Shown here in pieces: positions 23,991-36,849 of a stretch of 64,000 nt of DNA (within the stretch, counting starts at the first letter, position 1; each line of letters opens with the position of its first letter). The DNA is from Mustelus asterias (Eukaryota), in contig NC_135806.1 of NCBI RefSeq assembly GCF_964213995.1, forward strand, positions 59,086,001 to 59,150,000, written 5' to 3'. A program made the translations under genes and the position numbers. The notes below the pieces were generated by a model. That model searched no databases. It saw only the letters and a list, made by a program, of their open reading frames with translations, and was not told where the DNA came from.

Positions 23991-24914
23991 ATTTATTACA
24001 ATGAGTTAACCTTAGATTACAGCATAACATTAGCAACATTTATCACAGTATCGAAAGTGGCTAATCATTCGGGATATTTATCCAACAATGTACCTTTTTA
24101 ATATTGATCTAAAGGCAGACAAGGACCGAGTCTACCCAAGGTTTATCTGTCTGCAGCAACCACACTCAATATTATTACAAATTTGAAAGTACACATTTAC
24201 TGTTTCAGTACAGGAGGAATTGGGGTTTAGGAATGCCCATTCCCAAGTGCATTCACAGATCAAACACTGCCTGCTAAATATCTGCATCATGATTTGATCT
24301 CATGCAACAATTCCCAACAAACTGACAAATAATTTGGATTTTGTGAATGGACATAAATTAACTATTCACTGAAAATCCTGGCTCCAAATCTGCAAATTAA
24401 AAAAATGAAACAGGATCCATTCCAGATTGACACTTGTTCTTTACCTTTTGAAATCACTTTCAAAATGTACAGTCCCTTAAAAATGAATTCAATTCTGAAG
24501 TATTAATGATTATTTGGGGCTTTTTTTAACCTATAAAATTACCTGGCCTATGGGCAGTGAAATTACAATCCAACCTTCAAAATGAGAGCCGGTGCCTTAG
24601 GATGTTTTCTTATATTAAAGATGCAAGATTTTGTTGCTGCTGAAAATAAATCTATTTAAATAATCAGCAGGAAAACTACTAAATTGAACAGAATCCCACA
24701 GTGCTTCTGGCATTCAAGGTTTTGAAGAATATAGATAATACCTACTTATTGAATCAACTGTTAGTCAGTCTCCTTCTTTTCATAGTTTACAACAAGCATC
24801 GCATCAGCATAAGATATCTGATGATAGTGTATGAAACATATTTTCCTATCAAGTATAGGTAATCAGTCTGTATAATATAAATAGTGGCTTCAGTTTCTCT
24901 CTCTTTCAAGCTCT

Positions 24915-25265
24915 CCACAACTTGAGCACAATGATCTAGTTGACACTCCAGTGCAGTACTGAATGAGTGCTGCACTGTCAGAGGTGCCATCTTTTAGATG
25001 AGATGTTAAACTAAGGCTCTTGGCTGGATGTAAAAGATCCCATGGAACTATTTTGGAGGAGTTGGGGATTAACCCCTGGTGTCCTGGCCCATATTTATCC
25101 TTCAAGTAACAACACAAACTAAACTTTTCAGTCATTATCATGTTGTTGTGAGTGTTTGCTGTGTGCAAACTAACTGCCATATTTTCTACATTACCACAGA
25201 TCATACTTCAACAACTGCTTTAGGGTGTTGGTTGGTCAAAAAGATGCTAGAAATGCAAGTCTTTC
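24915..25265 (+). mobile_element. Deu-domain SINE (SacSINE1/AmnSINE-like)
   Basis: CAGTGCAGTACTGA..GTGCTGCACTGTCAGAGGTGCC..GATGTAAAAGATCCCATGG..GGTGTCCTGGCC..ATTTATCC. Tail ends AAATGCAAGTCTTTC. Confidence 0.8.
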
Positions 25266-26149
25266 TCTCCCTCTTCAATGAATTCTAGAAACCCATCCCC
25301 TTTTATACATCTTAGTTTAGTGACTTCAATGGCACATTTCAGAGAAGACCTCACAATTTACCTGTTTGTAGATTATTTTGCTGCTGCTACATGTGGCTAC
25401 TCCTACCAGGAGATCTGCATTCATGGTATGTCATGCTTGTCTGTGCCAGGTCCTTTCTTCGATCCTTTTAAGAACAGTCTATTTAAGTAAATAGTCATTT
25501 TTGTCTACTCCAAAGATACTTCCCTTAAGCAAGACAATATCATCTATCTTTTTCTTGGAGCCTTTGAAGTACTTTTTATTGACAGCTTATTTACTTAAAC
25601 ATCAGCGCTATAGCATGGTTAATGGCAGTCTTGGCCTTTGTTTATTACACTAGTTACATTTATATAGTAATCATTCATGGTTGATTTTGTCTTTGTCACA
25701 TATTTCCTTGTGTAAGCATTTCTTACAGATAATAATCAGACAGTTGGAACATAGCATAATTCATCCTTCCTTCTCATGGCACCCTGCTGCTAACCTGTTT
25801 ATCTTAGAAAGCCTATTACTCCATGATACAAGCCAGTTAGATTATTAACCTTTAGCTCTCCAATATCTTAAATGTTGCGTGTAGAAATCTACATTCAATA
25901 TACCAAAGCTGATTGTTCACATTAAGACACAAATAACTACGTAGCACATCTTATCCGTAAATAGTAATATATGATTAAATATTACTTCATAGTGCTATGT
26001 TGAGTTGTTTCTCCTCCACAATATCTTGGTGATACTGATGGATGGTGACAAACAATAACTGTATCCTATAGCCCAGAAAGGTTACAAAATGTGGCAGCAC
26101 AGCATCCATATTTTCAGTATTAAGGGTTCCAAAAGTGTATCCACAGCAT

Positions 26150-27090
26150 GCTCACACACGGCTGATACAGACAACACCAGACACCATTTTGGTAAGCAGC
26201 AAGATGAGCTTGCATGACTTCAGTCTGAGCTTGCACTGCAGCACCCAAACATTTGGTGGCTTCTGCTGGTGCTGCAATGGAAGCTGACATATTGGCCATC
26301 AGATACTGTCTAATGGTTGGGTCTGCAACTATACTCATGGAGTTGGCCACCAGTTCCATGATGAAGAGGATGGGCTGCAGGCTTTGCACAAAGCCCTGTG
26401 TTGAATTGGTGCTGGACTCCACCACATTTCTTGACATTGACTGCAGGGTTTCCAGCAGGCCTGCCAATGCATCAAACATTTCATTGTGTATACCCAACAG
26501 ATTCTTCTGTGTGGTACCTCAAAGTCCTCAACGACATTCACTGCAACAGACCTTGAGTGCATCCTCACCTTCCAATGAGCTGGCATCTGTGTTACCCTTG
26601 TCCTTTGCCCTAACTGCAGGTCAGTTGTGCTCCGTGTCTCACCATCTGCAGATCCTGCCTCTAAGCTACCTTTTAAAGTACACTCAGTGTCAAGATCTAT
26701 TTGGTGGCTGCATGTTTGAGAGCCAGTGATGTTGTTTCGTCTACATCACCATCCTCCTGCTCTTACATCCTCCTGGTCATCATGGAGTTCTTAGGTACCT
26801 GAAAGGAGGAAGGTGGGAGGGAAGGGTTGAGGTGAGGCAAGGGAAAAATGCTTACAACATGCACAGTTTCCAAATCAGTAAAGATTGTTGGACGAGGGGG
26901 AAGTGGGATTTGAAAAGGAGAATTAAAAATGACAATAATGTCATCTTCAATGATTTCAGCCTCAGACTTACCACACTAATGATGGAGGGTACTATGTACT
27001 CTATCAGAGTAAGGACATGTAGCCGTGCCTACTCCATGCCGGTTAGCAGCTGCTCTATCCAGTTATGTGTCACGTTGTCCTGCATTAGAA
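26150..27090 (-). pseudogene. Harbinger Myb/SANT gene remnant (exons 2 and 3)
   Basis: Acceptor TTCTAATGCAG|DNVTHNWIEQLLTG..RLHVLTLIE, homologous to the exon at 10011. Second acceptor CCTTCCTCCTTTCAG at about 26800. Helical C-terminus in ORF 26120-26497. Confidence 0.65.
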
Positions 27091-28109
27091 AGGGAAGGGT
27101 GTTAGTGAGTGAAATGCAATCCATTCAGGTGATATCACTGTCATGGTTGATGGCCATCTGACTTACCAGATGACTGACTTCTTTGAGTGACAGGTCAGCC
27201 ATATTCTCAGCCTGTTTCAAAGATTTCAATGTATTCAGCTGTAGAATTTGTGTTGACACAGTTGGCTGAACTTTGAGCCTCACTAATGGATTCAGCTCTA
27301 TGGGGATTAGTTACATAACCTGTGGGAGTTTAAGCTTTGATCAACAGTTTCATAACTTCTGACAAAATTATATTTCTTTGAAGTGGTTTTTGAATATATA
27401 TTTCATTATTTTGATAGTTTTCTGAGTATTTAATAGGAATATGCCTTCTTTGAGATGGGTTTAAATGGATTTTTGTTGAGATTTACAGTTTTATGAGCAT
27501 CCCAAAGACTTTGCAACATTATAACGAGGTTTATGAGTTATGCCCATAATGAACACTAGAAGAATTCTTCAAAGGCTCAGGGTCTGGACATTAAATCAAT
27601 TGAAAGATGAAAGAACCGTGTCCAGATGAAACATTGCAGTCAGATTTTCAACACTTTTGAATTCAGAAGATGACTTTACCTACTGGATAAAGTACTCCAG
27701 TGCATGTGAACACTTGTACAATGCCAGTTAATTTAATGGTAATTTACGTTTTAAGGACAGAGGCCCATGATCAATCATTGCATTGAAAACATATTTAATT
27801 TATCTCCCAGCATCCAATTATGATCGTTCAAGTTGGGAAGAGCTCTTAAATTTTCCTGTCAATAATTTTCTGACTTGACTGGAGTGCTAAGTGTGGGTTC
27901 ACTTCCAGCACCCTTATCCAAGGGGCATGACAATTGCATAAGATGGAAATGGGAATGTGAATCTCAGAATTGGATTCTGCCCACCATTTTCAATGCCCCC
28001 ACCACCCCCCAACAACCCCCACTCCAACATGGATGGGGGAATGAAAATCCAGCCATGAAAGTCAAGGATCTAAGCTTGCTGATGATACGATGCTAGGATA
28101 GAATGTATG

Positions 28110-28620
28110 CTGTGAGAACACAAAGAAGTTGCAGAGATATAGACAGGTTAAGCAAATGGGCAACAAGAGGCAGGTGGAGTATAATATCAGAAATTGAGAA
28201 GTCATTCACTTTCATAGGAAGAATAGAAAACTGAAATGTTTTTGAAAAGCATAAAACTTGTAAATGTTGGTGTTAGAGGGACTTGCGTATACTCAAAGAA
28301 GAAAAATAAAAAGGTAGCATGCAGGAACAGCAAATAATTAGGGAGGCACATGACTTTTTATAGTTTTATTACAAAGGGTTTGGAGTACACAAATAAATAT
28401 GCATTGTGACAGTTATAAAAGGCCACACTTACAGTACTGTATACCATTTTTCTCTCCATATTTAAGGATTGGAAATGGTACAGCAATCATTCACTAGATT
28501 GGTCCCTGGGATGAGAGAGTTGTCCTATGACGAGAGACTGAAAAATTTGGGTTTCTATTTTCTGGAATTAAGAAGAATGAGAGTTGAATTAATTGAAACA
28601 TACAAGATTCTGAAGGCAAT
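28110..28620 (+). mobile_element. Degenerate CR1 RT fragment
   Basis: VQQSFTRLVPGMRELSYDERL..LIETYKILK. Confidence 0.85.
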
Positions 28621-28639
28621 TCAGAAATCAATGGGTGAG

Positions 28640-29643
28640 GCCTATTCCACTAGAGAGGCGGCAGCATAGAACTGAGCGGGCCACTGCGCATGCGCCGATC
28701 TGTCAGCGCCGAGAGCGACACATGCGCAGTGACCCCTGTCGGCCGGCCTCCTGATTGCTGGCTAGCTCAATCGCTGGCCAGATCGCTGACCAGCCCTGTG
28801 GCTACTACATCGCCAGTCGTACGACCCCACCACGGTCCAATCGCTGGCCACCTGAACATGTCCGGGCCTAGCCCCAATCTCCCCATCTCCCAGCCTGTCT
28901 CGATCTCCCCCCATGCTCCCCTGCCCACTCCCCTGGCAGCCCCGATGTCCTACCCTCCCCCCCCCCCACAATTTACCCCCCACCGGCAGTACCGACGCTC
29001 CCCCCCTGCAGTGCCAACCCTGATGGCTAGCCCCAATCGCTGGCCTCCCTCCTTCCCCCACCGATTTTGACTGCAGAGTGGCAGCGGGACCCCCCACCCC
29101 CAACCCCACCGATCGCCTCCCCCCCCCCCCAGAGGTACCGCCCCCTTCGAACTGCCGCATGCCAGGTGGGTAGTACCAAGATACCGCCTGGATATTGGCA
29201 CTTTTCCCCTTGGGCAGTGCCTGGGGACCCAGGCTGGCACTGCCAAGCTGGCAATGCCATGGGGGCATCCATCACCCCAGCGCCCGACCCTCTGGGGGGC
29301 CTTGATTGTCCCCTCTTCACTCCAGCGGGATCGGGACGCCAGCTCCCTGCAAGTGGGGAGCTAAAGTAAACCCTGCTGGAGTGAAATACTCCTAGTGGTG
29401 GGGGAGAGGCTACCGGGTCCGGAAACCTCAGTCCCGGGCCCGCTAATCAGATTTAAATGATAGGAAAATGAGCTGTTGAATACACTGCGCATCGGAAGCT
29501 GGAAATCCGGCACCAGAAATCTGGTGCTGGGAGACGCACAGAGACCATGGTGACCACCGGGGAGCCCACGAAACGGCCTCTGCTACAGTCTCCCAGCCCA
29601 CTGCACTAGAAAAAACAGCACAGCGGGATGGGAGAATCACCTC
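28640..29643. mobile_element. GC-rich non-autonomous element (family of 44774-45949), truncated at left
   Basis: Shares CCCCAATCGCTGGCCTCCCTCC, GGCACTGCC/GGCAGTGCC repeats, CTTCACTCCAGC, AAGTGGGGAGCTA and the terminal GGGATGGGAGAATCACC with 44774-45949. Confidence 0.75.
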
Positions 29644-29959
29644 GTAGTCTCTAGTAATATCCTTATTTTGCTAAGTAAATGCTAGAGACAATTTTCTCAG
29701 CCTACTTGTTAAAGGCTAAAGATTCTGCTAAAAGATGTAGGCGTGGCTGCTGAGTATACCTAGGCTAAAGAGATTACTGAGTATGGTGGGATCCTTTAAA
29801 ATCATCGAGAGATGTGGCCACATCACATTGTAAGCGTTCCATTAACACATGATTTGGTAATTGTCATGGATTAGAATGTATGGGACAAAGATGATGAAGA
29901 GGACGTGCCAGCAGCAGACCCAGGCATACGTTGTCTGGTGCAGCTGCAACACAAGACTG

Positions 29960-31375
29960 CTTTTGTGTCAAACAGCATAAGCAAGTGATAGGCAGAACTA
30001 AATGATTCCATAACCAATGGGTCAGGTCTCAGCTCTGCCACATCCAGCCGTGAATGGTGGTGGAAAATTAAACAACTAACCAGAGGAGCAGGCTCCACAA
30101 ATATCAGTTTGGGGTCTGCCAGGGATATTCAGCTCCTTACCTCATTACAGCCTTAGTTCAAACATGGATGAAAGTGCTAAACTCAAACAGTGAGGTGAGA
30201 AAGACTGTCCTTGACATCAAGACAACAACATTTGACCAAGTGTGGCATCAAGTAGTCCTAGCAAAACTGGAGCCAATGGGAATTAACGGGAAAACTCTCC
30301 ACTGGTTGGAGTTCTACCTGGCACAAAGGAAGATGGCTGTGGTTGTTGTAGGTCAATCATCTCAGTTCCAGGACATTACTACAGGAGTTCCATAGGTTAG
30401 TGTCCTAGGTCCCACCATCTTCAGCTGCTTCATTAATGATCTTCTTTCTATCATAAGGTCAGAAATGGGGATGTTTGCAGATGGTTGCACCATGTTCAGC
30501 ACCATTCACAACTTCTCAGATATTGAAGCAGTCCACGTTCAAATGCAGCAAGACCTGAACAATATCCAGGCTTGGGTTGACAAGTGGCAAGTAACATTAA
30601 TGCCACACAAGTGCCAGGGAATGACCATCTCCAAAAAGGGAGAATCTAACCATGTCCCCTTGACATTCAATGGCATTACTATCACTGAATCCGCCCCCCC
30701 CCCCCCCGCTTTCATCATCCTGGGGGTTACCATTGACCAGAAACTGAACTGGACTAGCTATATAAATACTGTGGCTTTAAGAGCAGATCAGAGACGAGGA
30801 ATCCTGTGAAGAGTAACTTACCTCCTGACTCCCCAAAACCTCTCCACCATCTGCAAAGCACAAGTCAGAAGTGTGATGGAATACTTTCTACCTATCTGGA
30901 TGAGTGCAGCTCCAACAACACTCGGGAAGCTCAACACCATCCAGGACAAAGCAGCCTGCTTCACTGGCACCCCATCCACAAACAGTCACTCCCTCCACCA
31001 CTGATGCACAGTAGCAGCAATGTGTGCCATCCACAAATGCACCGCAGGAACTCACCAAGGCTCCTTAAACAGCACCTTACAAACCCACAGACACTACTAC
31101 TTGGAAGGACAAGAGTAGCAGATACTTGGGAACACCATCACCTGCAATTTCCCTAAAAGCCAGTCACCCTTCTGACCTGCAGATATATCGCCTTTCCTTC
31201 ACTGTTGCTTGGTAAAAATCCTGGAACTCCCTCCCAAACAGCAGGGTTGTATACCTGCACCACAGAGACTGCAAAGATTCAAGAAGGCAGCTCACCACCA
31301 CCTTTTCAAGGGCAATTAGGGATGGTCATTTAATGCTGGCCGAATCAGTGATGCCCACATCCTACAAATGAATTA
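29960..31375 (+). mobile_element. CR1-clade LINE, RT region and 3' end, degenerate
   Basis: LDIKTTTFDQVWHQ, TGVP*VSVLGPTIFSCFINDL, MFADGCT, QQDLNNIQAWVDKWQV. 3' tail GGGCAATTAGGGATGG..ATGCCCACATCC. Confidence 0.92.
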
Positions 31376-31432
31376 AAGAGACACAGAAATATTTTCACTC
31401 TATTCTTTCTAGACAGGGCGACCGGGTATAAT

Positions 31433-31585
31433 TGTACGATAATACTTAGTAAGGGCACAAAGGTTAGTATGGACAGAATCATTGAGAAATGGATAGAGAG
31501 CACACATGGGGCACCAGCGAAGTTTCTGACTGATAACAGAAGGAAATTTATCAATGAGTTCAGAGACGTGTGAAAACATGAATAC
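31433..31585 (+). pseudogene. Orphan LTR-retrotransposon integrase core fragment
   Basis: TIILSKGTKVSMDRIIEKWIESTHGAPAKFLTDNRRKFINEFRD, matching the rve-type G.P..F.TDNG.EF motif. Confidence 0.65.
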
Positions 31586-32069
31586 AGTAAAGTCCTGCCA
31601 TTTGCGACTTCTTGTTGTGAATCTGCATCACAGCACAGAAGTTTTTGGACACCAGTTCACCCACTCCATGTTCAACATAGAAGCCATCTTTGAAAAATGC
31701 AGGAAAAAAAAAGAAAAACTGCCTCAACAAAGCTAACAAAAGGAAGGTATGCATGACGTAATTCCCGCAGTAGAAAGTGTGCACTGTACTTGTGTTAGCT
31801 GCCATTGCTTGCATGTGGGTGTTCCTTGTTGCTATGATTTTTAATCCCTGATCACAGTCCACCTCCACTCTCAAGTACTGTGTGTAATAAATTATACATT
31901 TTCCTTGTTTTATTAAACAATTTCTCCAGTAAATTTCTCTTAAAATTGATTAAAGACATAGTTGTTATTGCCTTTGATCCTTTCTACATGTACAATTTTA
32001 GGATGGCTGGAATCTAGCTAATTGACTCCCATTGAGAAGTATGTTTGTTGTTCACAATTTTATCATTTA

Positions 32070-32275
32070 CAAAGTTTTGTGGGTATGCTGTCCTTGTGAA
32101 TGCTGGGACATTACTGTATTTTTAAGGCTGAGATAGACAGAGTTTTGATCTGAGGGAATCAAGGAAATGGGGAGAGGGAGGGAAAGTGGAGTTGAAGGTG
32201 AAGGTCAGCTCAAACATGATAGTATTGTATGGTGGAGCAGGCTCGATGGGCAACAGAGACTACTCCTGCCTCTGC
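32070..32275 (+). mobile_element. CR1 3' UTR fragment
   Basis: TTTAAGGCTGAGATAGACAG..GGGAATCAAGG..GGTGGAGCAGGCTCGATGGGC..CTACTCCTG. Confidence 0.75.
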
Positions 32276-32707
32276 TGTACCATGAGGCACAATCTCTGCC
32301 CTGTTGTGCCTTTCATCAGTTCTTTGCAGGTTAAATTCACTACCTCAGCCACTCCAGCTAAAATGCATCTCTCTTTAAGGAGTCCAGGCTGGCTTTAACT
32401 AGCACAGGCTAGTTTTAAGCAGTGCTACTTTTGCACAAACTCAGACCTTCTGCTAAGGTGTGCAACCACTCAACAACACATTTAACATTGGGTTTTATGT
32501 CACTATTCTTTAAATTAGCAGGGGTGATATTTAATCATACATGCCAATGCCCGCACCATTTTCGGGCGCTTTCAAATTCTGCCTCACATCAAAGCACTGA
32601 CTCAATTAGGTATTTCCTACAGTTTCTCGACTGACTACCAAATGTAAAGGACAATCTTTGCTATAGAGTGACAGGCTCACACTAGTGTCACTATTTGGTA
32701 AAATGCT

Positions 32708-33790
32708 GAACATAAGAAATAGGAACAGGCTTAGACCATTCAGCCCTTTAAGCCTGCTTTGCCAGTCAATAAGATCATGGCTGATTATCTACCTCAGCTA
32801 CACTTTTCTGCACTATTTCCAAATCCATTATTCCCTTACTATCCAATAATCTATCAATCTCCAGGCATCCACAGCTATCTGGGATAGTGAATTCCAAAAG
32901 TTCACAATCCTTTCAATGAAAAAATTCCTTCTCATCTCAGTCTTAAACAGTCGAATCCATGCTCAGAGTCTGTGGCCCTGAGCTCTCGAGTCCCCAGCCA
33001 AAAGAAACATCAGCCCAGCATCTACGCTGTCAAACCACGTTTCAATTAAATCATGTCTTTCTTCTGAATTCATGAGAATATAAAACTTGTCTATTCAATT
33101 TCATAGAATCATAGAATCCTACAGTGCAGAAGGAGGCCATTCGGCCCATCGAGTCTGCACCAACCACAATCCCACCCAGGCCCTATTCCCATAACCCCAC
33201 ATATTTACCCTGCTAATCCCCTGACACAAGGGGCAATTCAGCATGGCCAATCAACCTAACCCGCGCATCTTTGGACTGTGAGAGGAAACCGGAGCACCCG
33301 GAGAAATCTCATGCAGACACAAGGAGAATGTGCAAACTCCGCACAGACAGTGATCCTAGGCCAGAATTGAACCCAGGCCCCTGGTGCCTGAGGCAGCAGT
33401 GCTAACCACTGTGCCACCCCTTTTTAAAAATTAATTAATTTTTTAAATCTCTCCTCATTGAATAATCCCTCATTCCAGGAATCATTCCAGTTACTGTGCA
33501 TTGCACTCCTAAGGCAAGTATATCCTTCTTTATGAAAATAAATATCCATAGTACTCCTGGAGTGGCCTCACAAAGGCCTAATACAATTGCAGTACTCTTA
33601 TACTCCCATCATTTTATAATTAAGGCTAATGTACCATATGTTTTCCTAATTGCTTGATGTACTTGCATGTTAACTTTCTGTGATTTGTGCACAATAACAC
33701 CCAGCCTCCCTGAATACCAACATTTTCCAGTCTCCCACCATTTAAAAATCTGCCTGTTATTGCTTCTATCAAAGTAGACACCAACATATT
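32708..33790 (-). mobile_element. Degenerate CR1 interrupted by an HE1 SINE
   Basis: Tail GAACATAAGAAATAGG at 32708; decayed RT C-terminal motifs to about 33790. Confidence 0.8.
33103..33420 (-). mobile_element. HE1-type V-SINE
   Basis: CATAGAATCATAGAATCC tail, GGAAACCGGAGCACCCGG V-domain, GCTAACCACTGTGCCACC head. Confidence 0.92.
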
Positions 33791-34034
33791 AATGATATCA
33801 ATGAGGAACGCAGTGGGGATTGCACTGTCTGTCCTCAGGGATTCAATGTAAGTTTGCATAGCACAGTTTTTTGTGAATGAATTTCTCTTGCTATATTTAT
33901 ATAGAAGTTAAAATAAATCAACAATAACAACACTAATAGTATCATGTTGTGGATATAAATCTGCATAGTGAGGGTGCCATACTCTGCAATTATATTCATA
34001 ACTATGTCTAATTGGAACTAGTTCTGGATTCTAG

Positions 34035-34440
34035 AGAGACTTGCAATTATAAAGAGCCTTTCATAACATCAGGAAATCCCAACGTGCTTTACAGCCACTA
34101 TTGTAATGTAAGAAAAGGTGGTAATCGGTTTCTATCCAGCAAGATCCCATGAAGAGCAATGAATGACCAGACATTCTGCTTTTGGTTATGTTAATTGAGG
34201 TTCAAATATTAGCGAGGACATTGTGTAGAAATCATCTCCTTTCCATAGAACAGGACCATGGGATCTCTTACATTCACTGGAGCAGAAAGAGGACCAAGGA
34301 TTAATGTGTCATCCACAAAATGGCACCTCTAACAATATATCTTTCCCTCAGTACTGTACTGAAGTGTTAACTCGGTTTCTGTTCTGAAATCAGTTGAACC
34401 CACAACATTCTAACACAGGGGTGAGAACCTTACTACTGAA
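34035..34440 (-). mobile_element. Deu-domain SINE, degenerate
   Basis: Antisense match to 24915-25265 (CCATGGGATCTCTTACAT, GGCACCTCTAACA, CTCAGTACTGTACTG). Confidence 0.7.
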
Positions 34441-34738
34441 AATGATTTAAAAGTGAATTGATTTATGTTAGCTGTCCTTTCATTTGAAAGGTGCATCAAG
34501 TTATGCACAGAAAGGTTTGCTTCCTAATCTGTACTGAGTTACCTGACCTCAGGCAGTAGAAGCAGGGCATTTTTATATTGAAGGAATAAGTTAATCAGGT
34601 TCACAACTCCACTCCAAACTGTGATCCATTAAGCCCTAATGGAAGTATAAATTTGTGGATGAGAACACAATTGGACTTGACCATGTTACCCACATCCACT
34701 CGAACCTGCTAGTACTCATTGTCAAAGTTCACACATTA

Positions 34739-34836
34739 GGGACAGAATTTTCTGAGGCTATAAAATGCAGCAAGCCATTCAAAATTCAATTGACTTCAGT
34801 GGGACCGTAAAATCCTAACAGTGAAAAATTCCACCC
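34739..34836. mobile_element. About 100-bp MITE
   Basis: Ends GGGACAGAATTTTC...GAAAAATTCCACCC. Confidence 0.5.
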
Positions 34837-36849
34837 GAAGGGTTGTAACTTAGGCAGAGAACGCAAGCCATCCAAGGAACCATACCACAACAAGGAACTG
34901 ATGCCTTCGGTAAAGGAAAAAGAAAAAAATTGGTGGAGAGAAATTAGTGAGGAAAATAATGATTTAATTTTCTATTGAAGGAGTTTTTTTTCAACCAACA
35001 AGTTTCTGTTGCTTCTGGTGAATTATGATTAGTGTTTTCGGCTAATTAATATAATGAACTATGCTTCAGTTAACTTAGTTATTAACCATTCAAAAATTAA
35101 TTATATTTGCTCAATAGAAGAAAGAATTTGTATTTAGAAAGTATCTTTCATGTCATCAGAATGTCCCAAAACATATTACAACCAATTTCTTTTCTTTTTG
35201 AGATGCAGCTACTGTTGTTTTGTACGAAATACAGCAGCAACGTGTCCACAGCAAAGCCCCACAAACAATCACTATAGTTTGGGTGGTGTTGATTTTTTTG
35301 TTGAAAGTTCCATAGTAAATGTTCCTTTACCATTCCGTTATGATAAATGTGGTCTGCAAAACCATTCTTCTAAATTTACTGAAAGTGAGATAGGTTCATT
35401 TTTCTTCAATGAATTAATGTATTATTACCAGGCTTATTTCACAACATGCCAGAAAGACAACTTTCTATCTGTCACAGTTAAGGTTAATATAAAATCTATA
35501 TTGTATAATTAATGGAGTAAAAGACTTTCTTATTTACAACCAATTATAAAGTTGTAAATTCGATGGGCTGAATGGCCATGATGCTAAGCTCAGTTGTGGT
35601 TTCTAGTGAAGCAGACCTTCCAACTGACCCCTTAACAACACCGTAACTTCTATATAATTTTATGGACCAGATTTTACCAGGTATTCAGGGTGATCTCCTG
35701 GGTGGGCTTCCCACGCCGGAAAAAACTGCTCATTGGCCGGCCACACAATTCCAATGGTATTGAGGTAAAATCACTGCTGCACTACCAGAAGAGCTGACTT
35801 AGTAATTAAAGGGGCAAATACGCCCCACAGACTGAAACATCATCGAGATTGAGGTTTGCAAAGCAATGTAAGTGGGCGTTAGGATGAAGGAAAGGAGGCT
35901 TCAAGAGGATCTATATCACCTTTGGTGGAACTGAGGACAGTTATCTCCACTTCTCTGGACTGACCACCACCTTTCCCATGTTGCCTCATAAAGCACGTTG
36001 GATGAAACAAAAATTGACTGGGGACCTGGACTTCCCCCGACCTCTTCTATCGCCACCTGTCCACAGTAGGCTAAAAAGAAATGACCAGCAGCAGTACTAT
36101 CGGGGACAAAAAAGGGACAAAAAATCAGGGAATGAGGCAGAAAGAGATTTCACCACCTGAATTTTCCATTATTCTGCTGTAATGCCCTCTAATTTAGAAT
36201 AGGAGCAGAATCAAGCCTGCAGTTCAATTTTTCTAGTTACAATGTATCATATTCTAGAATGTTTCACTAAATCACTCAATTTTTGTATTAAAAGGAAACC
36301 GAATTGGCTGAAAATTATGCTTATGTTCTAAAACAACAGATTACTTTTCCTCTCCACTGAGGTCACATGCCCTATTTTCCCAATATAAAGGTACATTTTC
36401 AAACTAAGGTCATCAAACTTCTCTCTCTTTGACATCAAATTCAGTTTTTGTTATTATTTCTGTTGCAGTATACTGATAATAGTATTTTCGATGTTAGTGC
36501 TATTTTTCATTGTACAACTCACAATCTTCCAAATATTGTTCTAGAATGGTGTCAACATTTTCAGAGTATATACATTTCCAATCTACTGAGCTAAGGGTCC
36601 ATTTACTTCACTTAATTAACTTTTCATTTAAAAAAATTTGAGAGAACCAGATGGTCAGGGCATAGATGGCTGAATAGACAAAAAGTTAGGCTTTTTAGAA
36701 TGAGAGAAATCTCTGTCCCCCTTCTCCAATGTGCCAGGACATTGCTTTTTATAATAGAAAATCTGCTCATTCTTTTCCTACACTGATTTGGTTAAATTTG
36801 TAAACTGGAACAATATTCTAAGATGAGGCACCTCACCACATTCCCCTCC

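Noticed and set aside
31681-31746. Possible Lys-rich exon KPSLKNAGKKKKNCLNKANKRK with AG/GT ends
   Set aside because: A-rich sequence with a weak acceptor and no recognisable homology.
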